64,000 nt of DNA from Candidatus Velthaea sp. GTDB taxonomy: Bacteria > Vulcanimicrobiota > Vulcanimicrobiia > Vulcanimicrobiales > Vulcanimicrobiaceae. Where the stretch lies: contig CBDCCS010000003.1 in NCBI GenBank assembly GCA_965214935.1, forward strand, positions 96,001 through 160,000, given 5' to 3'. A program made the translations under genes and the position numbers. The number at the start of each line of letters is the position of its first letter. The first letter of the stretch is position 1. Below, in pieces: positions 55,462-64,000 of the stretch. The notes beneath the pieces were generated by a model. It saw nothing but the letters and a program-made list of their open reading frames with translations. It had not been told where the DNA came from and did no database searches.

Positions 55462-58400
55462 GTGATTCGCACCATTGCCGTCGTCATTGCGACCGTTCTC
55501 TTCGTCATGTCGGTCGATCGGGAAGCGCCGGCGGCCGGCCCGCGACCGGCAATCGCCGGAGCGTCGATTCGACCGCTGTCTGCCTCGCCCGCGTTGCTGA
55601 CCGAAAGCTTCGCCGGGGTTTCAACGCCCGCCGCAGCGTGGTTGAACGTCGGCACCGCCTGCCTCACGGCAGGCAACGCAACGACGCCGGCGGCTTCAAT
55701 TCCGGCGTGCGGGGGAAACGCGCCCCAAGATCTCAGCGGTCAAGGCGCGCTGCAAATGACCGGCCCGACGAACAATCAAGCCGCGCTGGTGATGAGCCGT
55801 ACTCCGGTTTCGACCGCAAACGGGCTGCAAATCACCTTCACCGACTACGCCTTTAACGGTTCGTATAGCGGTGCTGACGGTTTGACGGTGTTTTTTACCG
55901 ACGGCAGTAAGCCGCTCCCGGCAACGCTCGGCGCGCCGGGCGCATCGCTGGGCTATGCCGGAACAAGCAGTAAAGCCGGTGTTGCAAACGCGTATCTCGG
56001 CATCGGTCTCGACGAATTCGGAAATTTTTCCACGGCCGATCAGCGCCGGCTCGGCGGACCGGGCCGCGTTCGTGAAACCATTGCCGTGCGCGGTGCGGCG
56101 GCGCTCGGCTATCCCTACCTCGGCGGAGTCGCCGCCGGCACAGTTGCCGCCAGCCTGCCGTTTTCGCTCGATCAGCCGGCGCTCAAAACCCGGCCTGCAA
56201 ACGCACCGACGGTACAAATCTCGTTAACGGCGGACGGCGCATTGAGCGCCGCCGTCGATCATCATGACGGAACCGGATTCGTCACCTACTATGCGCGAAC
56301 GATTGTCGGAGTCGAGGGCGAGCCGGCCGTTCCGGCCAGCGTTTTTATCGGCTTCACCGCTTCGACCGGCGGCAGCTTCAATTGCCATCAAATCGGTAAT
56401 TTCAGCGTAACCGCGTCGAGCGGCGCATCACCGACGCCCGTGCCGGGGAAGCCGCTCGTAGAGCCGGTGCAACTGCGGAGCCAAAACGGCACGCTCGTTT
56501 TTAACGTCAGCGCACAGTCGGATGCGTCGACCGGACGCCCCGAATTTAATTACAACGGCTCGCTTATACCGCCGACGTTGCGGGTCTTGCCGGGCGACAC
56601 GCTCCTCGTCAATGTTACCGATAATCTTCCCGCGCCCCCGGCGGGCGCCGCATACATGAATGACATCAGCTTGCATTATCACGGGCTGCATGTAAATCCA
56701 AATGCGCCCGGCGATGACTCGATCGATATGATTGCCGCGCCCGGCCAGTCGCTGCACTATCAGATAAAGATTCCGGCAAATCATCCGACTGGTCTGTATT
56801 GGTACCATTCGCATGCGCACGGCGAAACCGAACGGCAGACCCTTGCCGGAATGTCCGGCGCGTTAATCGTTGACGGCATCGCGCAATTCGTGCCGCAAGT
56901 TGCTGCTCTAACGGAACAGATTTTAATCGTGCGCGACGCTCCCTTACCCGGACAAGCACTCGTACAGGGAAACGCAACGCAAGTCAAAGCGATGCAATGG
57001 TCGATGCATCACGGCATGTCGATGGGCACGCGAACGCACCTGAACCAAACGGCGTTGAACCGGCGCGCGACGACAGAGACGGCGACGCGCAACCCGTTTG
57101 TGATCATCGATCGCAACTATCGCAAATTCGTTCGTCCGCTGGCCGTCAGCACCCACTGTTCGGTTAACGAAGCGCCGCTCAAAGCGCTGACGATCGACGG
57201 GCAAACGCAACCGGCGATCGCACTACATCCGGGCGAACGGCAATTCTGGCGGCTCGTCAATGCCGGCGCCGATACCTATCTCGACGTACAAGTTGATAAC
57301 GCCCAACTGCAAATTGTCGCACTCGACGGCGTGCCCGTCGCCGGCGCTTCGTCCGGCGGACTGACCGTCAACGACTATGTGGTGCCGCCGTCGAGCCGCA
57401 TCGAATTTATTGTTACCGGCCCCGCGGCCGGTGCGCCGGCCTTTTTGCGCACGAAGTGTTTTGATGCCGGACAAGCCGGCGCAGCGATGCCGGCGACCGT
57501 CCTGGCAGCGATCGATCCGAATGCAACACCTGCAATCGTGTCGTCCGCCGCGTTACATCGTCAGCGCGTCGGAACGTTTCGGTTACCGGCTTTGCGGTCG
57601 GTCCAAGCGCTTAAAACACTCGCGGTCGCGCGCACGCAGACGCTCTATTACAGCGATCAAAACACCATCAACGGCGTCGCATACGACCCGGCTGCTCCGC
57701 CGATGTTGTACGCGCAAAGTAATACGGTCGAAGAGTGGACGATCGTCAATAACTCGAGTCAAGTACACACCTTTCACATCCATCAACTGCATTTCGTACT
57801 CGAAGCAATCAACGGCGCGACGCTCGCGCAGCAATTTTTCTTCGATAACGTCAACGTTCCGGCCGCAACAGCGGCCGGACCGGGCAGCGTAAAAATATTG
57901 CTCGACTTCAGCGATCCGAATCTCATCGGAACGTTCCTTTTGCACTGTCATATCCTGTCGCACGAGGACGCCGGAATGATGGCTCAAATTCGGGTCGGCA
58001 CGGCGCCACCGCTGAGCTTAAGTACTGCGACGGTAAATTTCGCTGCGGCAACTGCAGCGGCGCAAACCGTCACGGTAAGCGGCGGTACGTTGCCGTACAG
58101 CCTGAGCGGCTGCGCGCAGGTTGCCGGGGCGGTCGTTCGGGGAAACGCAGTCGTCATTACTGCCGCCGGCGCCGGTACGTGCCAATTAACCGTCGCTGAT
58201 AGCAGCGGCTTGATCGGCTCGATCGCCGTCAACGTCGCCGCAGCGGCACCGGTACTCTCCGTTTTGCCGAATGACGTCAGTTTTGCCGGTACCGGTGCTG
58301 CAAGCCAGAACGTCGCGCTTAGCGGTGGACAGCCGCCGTATTCGGCCGGCGGCTGTGCCGGAACGGTTGCCGTGACGATCGCCGGTTCCGTTGCCGGCAT

Positions 58401-60099
58401 TCGACCGGCCGGTATCGGTTCGTGTACGCTAACGTTTACCGATAGTCTGGGCAATAACGCGACATTGGCGGTATCGGTGAACGCGCCGGCCGGCAACGGC
58501 ACGAGTCCCGACAATCTCACCTTTCATCAAAATGCGATGCGCACCGGCTGGTATCAAGCCGAACGGCAATTAACGCCGGCCAACGTCGCAGCGGCGAACT
58601 TCGGATTACTTGCAACGCTCGCCGCGCCGGCCGGTTTACCGGCTTTCGGTAAGGTGTACGCTCAGCCGCTGTATGTCAGCGGCGAAACCGCCGGCGACGG
58701 TTCGAAGCACAATCTTGTTGTCATCGCGACCTCGAGCGATCAGCTGTATGCATACGACGATGCGACGCGGGCGATCGTCTGGCATCGCGACTTTACGAAT
58801 CCGGCCGGCGGAATCACGCAACAGATGTGGACGGATTCGGGCTGCGGCGATGTCAACCCGAACGTCGGAATCGTCGCGACGCCGGTGATCGATCGTGCGC
58901 GCGACGTCCTGTATGTCGTCGTACCGACGAAAGAGAATGGTAATTTCCATCTCCGGCTGCATGCCGTGTCGATGAAGACCGGCGTCGAGGCAACCGATGT
59001 CAACGGCCGGCAAGTCGGGCCGACCGAAGTTACCGCAACGTACGCGATGGCCGCAGGCGGCACCGCAAGCGTCGATGCGGCAAACAATTTTGCCCGATCG
59101 GCATTACTGGAAGCGAACGGTAACATCTACGTCGGGCTAAGTTCGCACTGCGATTACAAGGGCAATACTACTCACGGCTGGATGCTTGCATATAGCGCAT
59201 CGTCTCTCCAGCAAACCGGCAACATGCTCGATATCACCGACTCCAACGCAGCCGGTAATTACTTCCTGGGTTCGCCCTGGATGAGCGGTTTCGGGCCGAG
59301 CAGCGATGCGCAAGGCAACATCTATTTTGCGACCGGTAACGGGCCGTTCAACGGAACATCGAACCTTTCGATGTCCGTAGTCGGTCTGCCCGGAACGCTC
59401 GACATGACGAAAGCAAAATTCTTTAGTCCGTTCGGCGAGCACGCAGATGCCGGTGCGGATGCGGATCTTGGCTCGGGCGGTGTCGTCCTGCTGCCGGATT
59501 TGGCGGGTGCGTTCCCGCACGTGCTTGTAGCGGGCGGCAAATGCGGTGCCGGAAGTGCTGCCGGCGGGACGAGCGGATGCATGAAGTATGTGCTCAACCG
59601 CGATAATCTCGGCGGACAGCGCGCGGGTGACAGCGGCGCGCTGATCGCCGCGAACACCGGCGGCGGTATGTGGGGTGGACCGGCGGCGTTCCAAGATGCT
59701 AACGGGCGCAATTACATCGTCTACGGCGACGGATCGCCCTTGAGCACCTACGCATTATCAACGGGCCCGCTCTCGTTAGCAATTCAAAGTTCGGCCAATG
59801 TCGGATGTTTGGAATGCCGTGATAACGGCTCGCAGCCGATCGTTTCATCGAACGGCACGATCGGCGGAACAGCCGTCGTGTGGGCGCTTCGCACGCCGGG
59901 CGGCGGCGGCGGTCCGATCGCCTTGTACGCGTTCGATGCGCTGAACATGGGTCACACGCTGTTTCGCGGTACCGCCGGCGGCTGGACGGTCGGTCCGAAC
60001 GCTTCGTATATCGGCGGCGCATTAGTCTCGCCGCTCGTCGCGAACGGCAAAGTCTATGTCCCCGTCGATGGCGGCGTAGCCGTCTTCGGTCTGCACTAA
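55462..60099 (+). CDS. 1545-aa secreted fusion: L-lectin-like domain, multicopper oxidase, Ig-like repeats and PQQ-like beta-propeller
   Basis: Signal peptide; lectin-like GADGLTVFF..YLGIGLDEFGNF..IGFTASTGG; copper motifs LHYHG, WYHSH, HTFHIH, HCHILSHEDAGMM; two SGG..PYS...C repeats; propeller-type TFHQNAMRTGW..E..LTP.NV..FG, YAQPLYV, GIVATPVID, HGWMLAY, DLGSGG, PLVANGKVYV. Confidence 0.85.
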   Translation: MIRTIAVVIATVLFVMSVDREAPAAGPRPAIAGASIRPLSASPALLTESFAGVSTPAAAWLNVGTACLTAGNATTPAASIPACGGNAPQDLSGQGALQMTGPTNNQAALVMSRTPVSTANGLQITFTDYAFNGSYSGADGLTVFFTDGSKPLPATLGAPGASLGYAGTSSKAGVANAYLGIGLDEFGNFSTADQRRLGGPGRVRETIAVRGAAALGYPYLGGVAAGTVAASLPFSLDQPALKTRPANAPTVQISLTADGALSAAVDHHDGTGFVTYYARTIVGVEGEPAVPASVFIGFTASTGGSFNCHQIGNFSVTASSGASPTPVPGKPLVEPVQLRSQNGTLVFNVSAQSDASTGRPEFNYNGSLIPPTLRVLPGDTLLVNVTDNLPAPPAGAAYMNDISLHYHGLHVNPNAPGDDSIDMIAAPGQSLHYQIKIPANHPTGLYWYHSHAHGETERQTLAGMSGALIVDGIAQFVPQVAALTEQILIVRDAPLPGQALVQGNATQVKAMQWSMHHGMSMGTRTHLNQTALNRRATTETATRNPFVIIDRNYRKFVRPLAVSTHCSVNEAPLKALTIDGQTQPAIALHPGERQFWRLVNAGADTYLDVQVDNAQLQIVALDGVPVAGASSGGLTVNDYVVPPSSRIEFIVTGPAAGAPAFLRTKCFDAGQAGAAMPATVLAAIDPNATPAIVSSAALHRQRVGTFRLPALRSVQALKTLAVARTQTLYYSDQNTINGVAYDPAAPPMLYAQSNTVEEWTIVNNSSQVHTFHIHQLHFVLEAINGATLAQQFFFDNVNVPAATAAGPGSVKILLDFSDPNLIGTFLLHCHILSHEDAGMMAQIRVGTAPPLSLSTATVNFAAATAAAQTVTVSGGTLPYSLSGCAQVAGAVVRGNAVVITAAGAGTCQLTVADSSGLIGSIAVNVAAAAPVLSVLPNDVSFAGTGAASQNVALSGGQPPYSAGGCAGTVAVTIAGSVAGIRPAGIGSCTLTFTDSLGNNATLAVSVNAPAGNGTSPDNLTFHQNAMRTGWYQAERQLTPANVAAANFGLLATLAAPAGLPAFGKVYAQPLYVSGETAGDGSKHNLVVIATSSDQLYAYDDATRAIVWHRDFTNPAGGITQQMWTDSGCGDVNPNVGIVATPVIDRARDVLYVVVPTKENGNFHLRLHAVSMKTGVEATDVNGRQVGPTEVTATYAMAAGGTASVDAANNFARSALLEANGNIYVGLSSHCDYKGNTTHGWMLAYSASSLQQTGNMLDITDSNAAGNYFLGSPWMSGFGPSSDAQGNIYFATGNGPFNGTSNLSMSVVGLPGTLDMTKAKFFSPFGEHADAGADADLGSGGVVLLPDLAGAFPHVLVAGGKCGAGSAAGGTSGCMKYVLNRDNLGGQRAGDSGALIAANTGGGMWGGPAAFQDANGRNYIVYGDGSPLSTYALSTGPLSLAIQSSANVGCLECRDNGSQPIVSSNGTIGGTAVVWALRTPGGGGGPIALYAFDALNMGHTLFRGTAGGWTVGPNASYIGGALVSPLVANGKVYVPVDGGVAVFGLH

Positions 60100-60131
60100 T
60101 GTTGCTCAGGAATAAGAGAGGAAGTCGTCGC

Positions 60132-60599
60132 GTGCGCTTTCATGATTGCCGTCGTCGTCCGATCGGCACGCTGCTGGTGTGCGGCGCGCTTGCAAGCGTC
60201 GGTCTGCTGTGCGCGGTGCCCGCACCGGCGGCAACGGTGACGACCACCATGCCGTCACGCACGTTCGCAGACCCGGTCGCCGGCCATCGCAGCGGAACCG
60301 TTGAATTGCCGCCCGGGCACGTTACGGTGCTCGATGCGCGCACCGTGCGTAACCCGATGCCGCACGTGCTATTTGGGACGATCGTTCGCCTAAGCGGCAC
60401 GATGGTGGTGCTTCGCACCCGGACGGGCAGTGTGCGCGCGATCGATGCCCAACCGGCGTTTGCTGCCGGTACGATCTCATTGCCGCTCTTCGTCGGTAAA
60501 TACGTTGCCGTCGATGGCATCGTGGCCGCCGACGGTACGATGACGGCAGCCCGGATCACGCGCATGACGCGTCTGACGCCGGCAAACCGGGATCGCTAA
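60132..60599 (+). CDS. Small secreted protein with a DUF5666/OB-fold-like C-terminus
   Basis: GAGAGGA ribosome-binding site, signal peptide, and LFGTIV...LFVGKYVAVDGIVAADGTMTAARI. Confidence 0.55.
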   Translation: MRFHDCRRRPIGTLLVCGALASVGLLCAVPAPAATVTTTMPSRTFADPVAGHRSGTVELPPGHVTVLDARTVRNPMPHVLFGTIVRLSGTMVVLRTRTGSVRAIDAQPAFAAGTISLPLFVGKYVAVDGIVAADGTMTAARITRMTRLTPANRDR

Positions 60600-60633
60600 A
60601 GCGCCCGATCCGTCGCGATCGGGCGCTTTAGCG
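60594..60633. terminator. Perfect 17-bp hairpin between convergent genes (likely bidirectional terminator)
   Basis: CGCTAAAGCGCCCGATC-CGTCGC-GATCGGGCGCTTTAGCG. Confidence 0.7.
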
Positions 60634-60650
60634 TCAAAGCCGAACGATCC

Positions 60651-62183
60651 TCACGAAACGCCGGCGGGAATCTTCGCTTGACCGTTCGTGGGTGCTGCTA
60701 CCGCGGCAAGGGCCTCGGCAACGGCGATGAACGCACGCACCGGCGTTCCGGTCGGGCCTTTCGCCGAGAAGGCCGACTCACTATCGAGATACGCCGTGCC
60801 GGCAATATCAAGGTGAATCCACGGGACGTCGGCGACGAATTCTTTGAGGAAAGCACCGGCCGTCTCCGCGCCGCCCGCGCGCCCGCCGGTGTTCTTGAGG
60901 TCGGCAATATCGCTCTTGATGAGCGTGGTGAAATCGTCGAAGAGCGGCAAGCGCCAGTAGCGTTCGCCGCTGTCGGCGGCGATTTCGAGAAAGCGCGTCA
61001 CCCACTCTTCGTTATTGGACATCGTGCCCGAGGCCGCGTGCCCGAGCGCGACGACGCATGCGCCCGTAAGCGTAGCGCAATCGATGATCTTCGTCGCACC
61101 GAGTTCGCGCGCATAGCACAGCGCATCGGCGAGCAGCAATCGACCTTCCGCATCGGTGTTGATGACTTCGATCGTCTTGCCGTTCATCGCTTTGAGGATG
61201 TCGCCCGGCTTGACTGCACGCGGACCGGGCAGATTTTCGCTCGCCGGTACTAGGCCGATCACATTGAGTTTCGGGCGCAGTTTCCCGATGGCGTGCATTG
61301 CTGCAATAACGCCGGCGCCGCCCGACATGTCGTATTTCATCTCGTGCATGTTGTCGGCGGGTTTGATCGAGATACCGCCGCTGTCGAACGTCACGCCTTT
61401 ACCGACGAGTGCAAGGATCTCCGCCGACGACGAATCACCATGATAACTCATGACCGACAGGGTCGCCGGTTCATCCGAACCGCGCGAAACGCCGAGTAGC
61501 GAACCCATGCCCTTTGCGCGCATTTGATCTTCATCGAGAACGTGGAAATCAAGACCCGCTTCGCGCGCAAGTTCTTCGGCGCGTTGTGCCATATGCGTCG
61601 GCGTCATATCGTTCGCCGGTGTAAGCGCCATTAAACGCGCGGTGTTGATCGCCGTACCGAGGATTTCACCACGATCGGCGCCGCGCTGCAGCATCGCAGC
61701 ATCATGTTCGCCGGCGAGAATCGTAATGTCGTCGATGACGATCGGCTTATCAGGTTCACTTCGATACGTGGTCGTATCGATCGTGCCCGCAAGCGCGCCC
61801 TCGACGATGAACGACGCGCAATGCATTGTGTCGTTCTTCGCTTCGAGCGGCAGTGCGAACGCCAGCGACGTTGCGTTCCGTTTGCCGAGATAGCGCACGG
61901 CGGTGCCGGCGAATTTCGCTAAATTCGACGGAATGAATTTGGTGCGCTCGCCGAGACCGACGACGAGAACGCGACGGAACGGCTGATCTTTTGCATGCAA
62001 TAAAGCGACTTCATTGAGCTTTCCGGTTATCTCGCGGCTGCTTAGTATTTCGGCGATCGCTCCGCCGAGCAGAGCGTCGATCTCGGCGCTTACGCCGTCG
62101 AGATTCGCGTCGGTGAATACGGGAACGACGAGTGCACCGGAGTGCACGTTCGGCGCGGCATCAGCGGCGATGCGAACTAGCAT
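60651..62183 (-). CDS. pepA: Leucyl aminopeptidase (M17)
   Basis: VGKGVTFDSGG..IK, MKYDM.G, NTDAEGRL, ATLTGA, WIHLDIAG. Confidence 0.95.
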   Translation of the reverse strand: MLVRIAADAAPNVHSGALVVPVFTDANLDGVSAEIDALLGGAIAEILSSREITGKLNEVALLHAKDQPFRRVLVVGLGERTKFIPSNLAKFAGTAVRYLGKRNATSLAFALPLEAKNDTMHCASFIVEGALAGTIDTTTYRSEPDKPIVIDDITILAGEHDAAMLQRGADRGEILGTAINTARLMALTPANDMTPTHMAQRAEELAREAGLDFHVLDEDQMRAKGMGSLLGVSRGSDEPATLSVMSYHGDSSSAEILALVGKGVTFDSGGISIKPADNMHEMKYDMSGGAGVIAAMHAIGKLRPKLNVIGLVPASENLPGPRAVKPGDILKAMNGKTIEVINTDAEGRLLLADALCYARELGATKIIDCATLTGACVVALGHAASGTMSNNEEWVTRFLEIAADSGERYWRLPLFDDFTTLIKSDIADLKNTGGRAGGAETAGAFLKEFVADVPWIHLDIAGTAYLDSESAFSAKGPTGTPVRAFIAVAEALAAVAAPTNGQAKIPAGVS

Positions 62184-62278
62184 GAGGTCCCTTTCAATGG
62201 CTGGAACGGTCGATCGATCAATGAACGATTTGAGCCGAATCCTACAGGTGTTGCGCAGTACACGGCGCCGGCCCTGTC

Positions 62279-63295
62279 ATGAGTGATGCCTATGCACGCG
62301 CCGGTGTCGATATCGCTGCGGGCAATGCAGCGGTGCTGCACTATCGTGACCTTACGGCTGATTGGACGCATCCCAATCAGCTCGGGACGCTCGGCGGTTT
62401 CAGCGGCTTGTTTCGCTTGCCCGGCGACGACACGCGCGCGCTCGTCGGTTCTACCGACGGCGTGGGAACCAAAATCTTAATTGCCGCCGCACTCGAACGA
62501 TACGATGGAATCGGCGCCGACCTCGTCAACCATTGCGTCAACGACATTGTCGTCGTCAGTGCGACGCCGTTATTCTTCCTCGACTATCTCGCGGTCGGGA
62601 GATTAGATCCGCTCGTCGCCGCGCAAATTGTCGCCGGTTGTCACCGCGCATGCAAGGCTCACACGATGGCGTTGCTCGGCGGCGAGACTGCGGAAATGCC
62701 CGATCTCTACAAGGCCGGCGATTTCGATCTTGCCGGCACGATCGTGGGGATCGTCGATGTCGACGCCGTACCGAATCGCGAACGTGTCGCGCCGGGCGAT
62801 GCAATCGTCGCTCTGCCGTCGATCGGGCTGCACACGAACGGTTACACCTTGGCCCGCGCACTCATTGCACCTCATGAGTATCGTACGCCGTTCGATGCCG
62901 GAACCTACGCCGATGCGCTGCTTGCCGCTCATCCATCGTATTACGCCGCCGTACGCGCGATTCAAGCCGTGGCGGATGTAAAAGCGATGGCGCACATCAC
63001 CGGTGGCGGATTGCTCGACAACGTTCCGCGTACGCTGCCCGACGGCTGCAAAGCAATCTTCGAGCAGCAGCGCTGGACGGTGCCTCCGATCATGCGCGAA
63101 CTCGTACAACGCGGCGAATTGTCGATGGCGGAACGATATCGGACGCTGAACATGGGACTCGGGTTCACGCTCATCGTGCCGATCGCCGATGCGCAAAAGG
63201 CCGTCGCTGCAGCGGCCGGTGCAAAGGTTGTCGGTTGGATCGAAGCGCGGCACGGCGATGAACCGGCCGTTATCGTCCATCCCGCGCGCGTCTGA
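62279..63295 (+). CDS. purM: AIR synthetase
   Basis: YARAGVDI, TDGVGTK, FFLDY, GGETAEMP, S.GLHTNGY, AHITGGG, NMG.G. Confidence 0.96.
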   Translation: MSDAYARAGVDIAAGNAAVLHYRDLTADWTHPNQLGTLGGFSGLFRLPGDDTRALVGSTDGVGTKILIAAALERYDGIGADLVNHCVNDIVVVSATPLFFLDYLAVGRLDPLVAAQIVAGCHRACKAHTMALLGGETAEMPDLYKAGDFDLAGTIVGIVDVDAVPNRERVAPGDAIVALPSIGLHTNGYTLARALIAPHEYRTPFDAGTYADALLAAHPSYYAAVRAIQAVADVKAMAHITGGGLLDNVPRTLPDGCKAIFEQQRWTVPPIMRELVQRGELSMAERYRTLNMGLGFTLIVPIADAQKAVAAAAGAKVVGWIEARHGDEPAVIVHPARV

Positions 63296-63301
63296 AACGG
63301 C

Positions 63302-64000
63302 TTGGCGGTCAATCTTGTCGTCGATCTCGCCGACGGGCGATTTGGGCCGCACGTGCATGGACGCGCGATGGAAGAGGCACAGCGACGAGGCTTCCGGCTC
63401 CACCATGCCGCGACGGCGGACGACCGGCTCAGTGCATGGATCGACTGGAAATTTGCGCCGAGCTGGTGGTCGAGTGAAGCGCGTTGCGGCGAAGTGTGGT
63501 ACGCACTCGATGCAGCCGGCGCAATCGGCGGCTTCGTCGCGATCGACGTCCGTGGATTTCGCTTCCCTTGGCTGCGCGGCTACGCGTTGCGGCCCGGAGT
63601 CGGCGTGTTCGGGCCGTACGGCGTTGCCGCGGAGCATCGAGGAACCGGCCTCGGCGCGGCGCTGCTGGACGTTGGACTCGCCGCCCTGCGTGCCATGGGT
63701 TACACGCAGGCTCTCATACCGGCGGTCGGTTACGACCGCCTTATTGCGATGTACGAGCAGCGAACCGGCGCGCGCGTTTGTGAAATAATTCGCTACGAAT
63801 CGCCGCGGCGCTATCGCACCACGATCCTAGCCTCTGGCGCAGGTACGAACGCGCAGAATGTACTCGACCAAATCGCTAGCGGCCGGCTTGCACTTGACGT
63901 CGGCACGGTTATTGCAAACGTCGCGAATGCGGGTGTACTCGAACGTGCGACCGCGGCCGGCGTATCGACGCAAACCGTTATTTGGCAACGCGCGATCGAA
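63302..64000 (+). CDS. purN: GNAT acetyltransferase domain fused to GAR transformylase PurN, 3' end outside the window
   Basis: Not in the ORF track; translated by hand from TTG 63302, open for 233 codons to the edge. GVFGPYGVAAEHRGTGLGAALL is GNAT motif A. It is followed by RTTILASGAGTNAQNVLD...VIAN..NAGVLERA..AGV, the PurN N-terminus. Confidence 0.85.
   Translation, partial: MAVNLVVDLADGRFGPHVHGRAMEEAQRRGFRLHHAATADDRLSAWIDWKFAPSWWSSEARCGEVWYALDAAGAIGGFVAIDVRGFRFPWLRGYALRPGVGVFGPYGVAAEHRGTGLGAALLDVGLAALRAMGYTQALIPAVGYDRLIAMYEQRTGARVCEIIRYESPRRYRTTILASGAGTNAQNVLDQIASGRLALDVGTVIANVANAGVLERATAAGVSTQTVIWQRAIE

Overview
GC-rich bacterial chromosomal segment. The protein families suggest Ca. Eremiobacterota/Vulcanimicrobiota, but that assignment is an inference and was not verified. 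From left to right the window holds: (1) a cluster of secreted DUF11/Ig-like surface proteins and orphan genes downstream of a tRNA-Gln/tRNA-Glu pair, which is preceded by an unexplained structured RNA; (2) NDP-sugar and glycosyltransferase genes, pcrA and a dapB-asd-dapG-dapA operon; (3) comF and a riboflavin cluster, ribD-ribE ... HTH-ribBA-ribH, split by about 5.5 kb holding a thioesterase pseudogene, a heptamer repeat, a sugar ABC transporter with two palindromic operators and a vanadium-haloperoxidase pseudogene; (4) mtnA, holA and a mosaic purine cluster with a PAICS-like PurC fused to a degenerate PurE, a double-length PurS, two archaeal-type PurP paralogues, guaA, purD, purF, purM and a GNAT-PurN fusion; (5) interspersed among the purine genes, an SOS-box-preceded radical SAM gene, a second sugar ABC transporter, pepA and a multicopper-oxidase locus with a 1545-aa lectin/MCO/Ig-like/PQQ-like propeller fusion. 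Two long CDSs that run off the window edges are missing from the supplied ORF track and were translated by hand. All family assignments come from recognising motifs by eye; no database searches were run.
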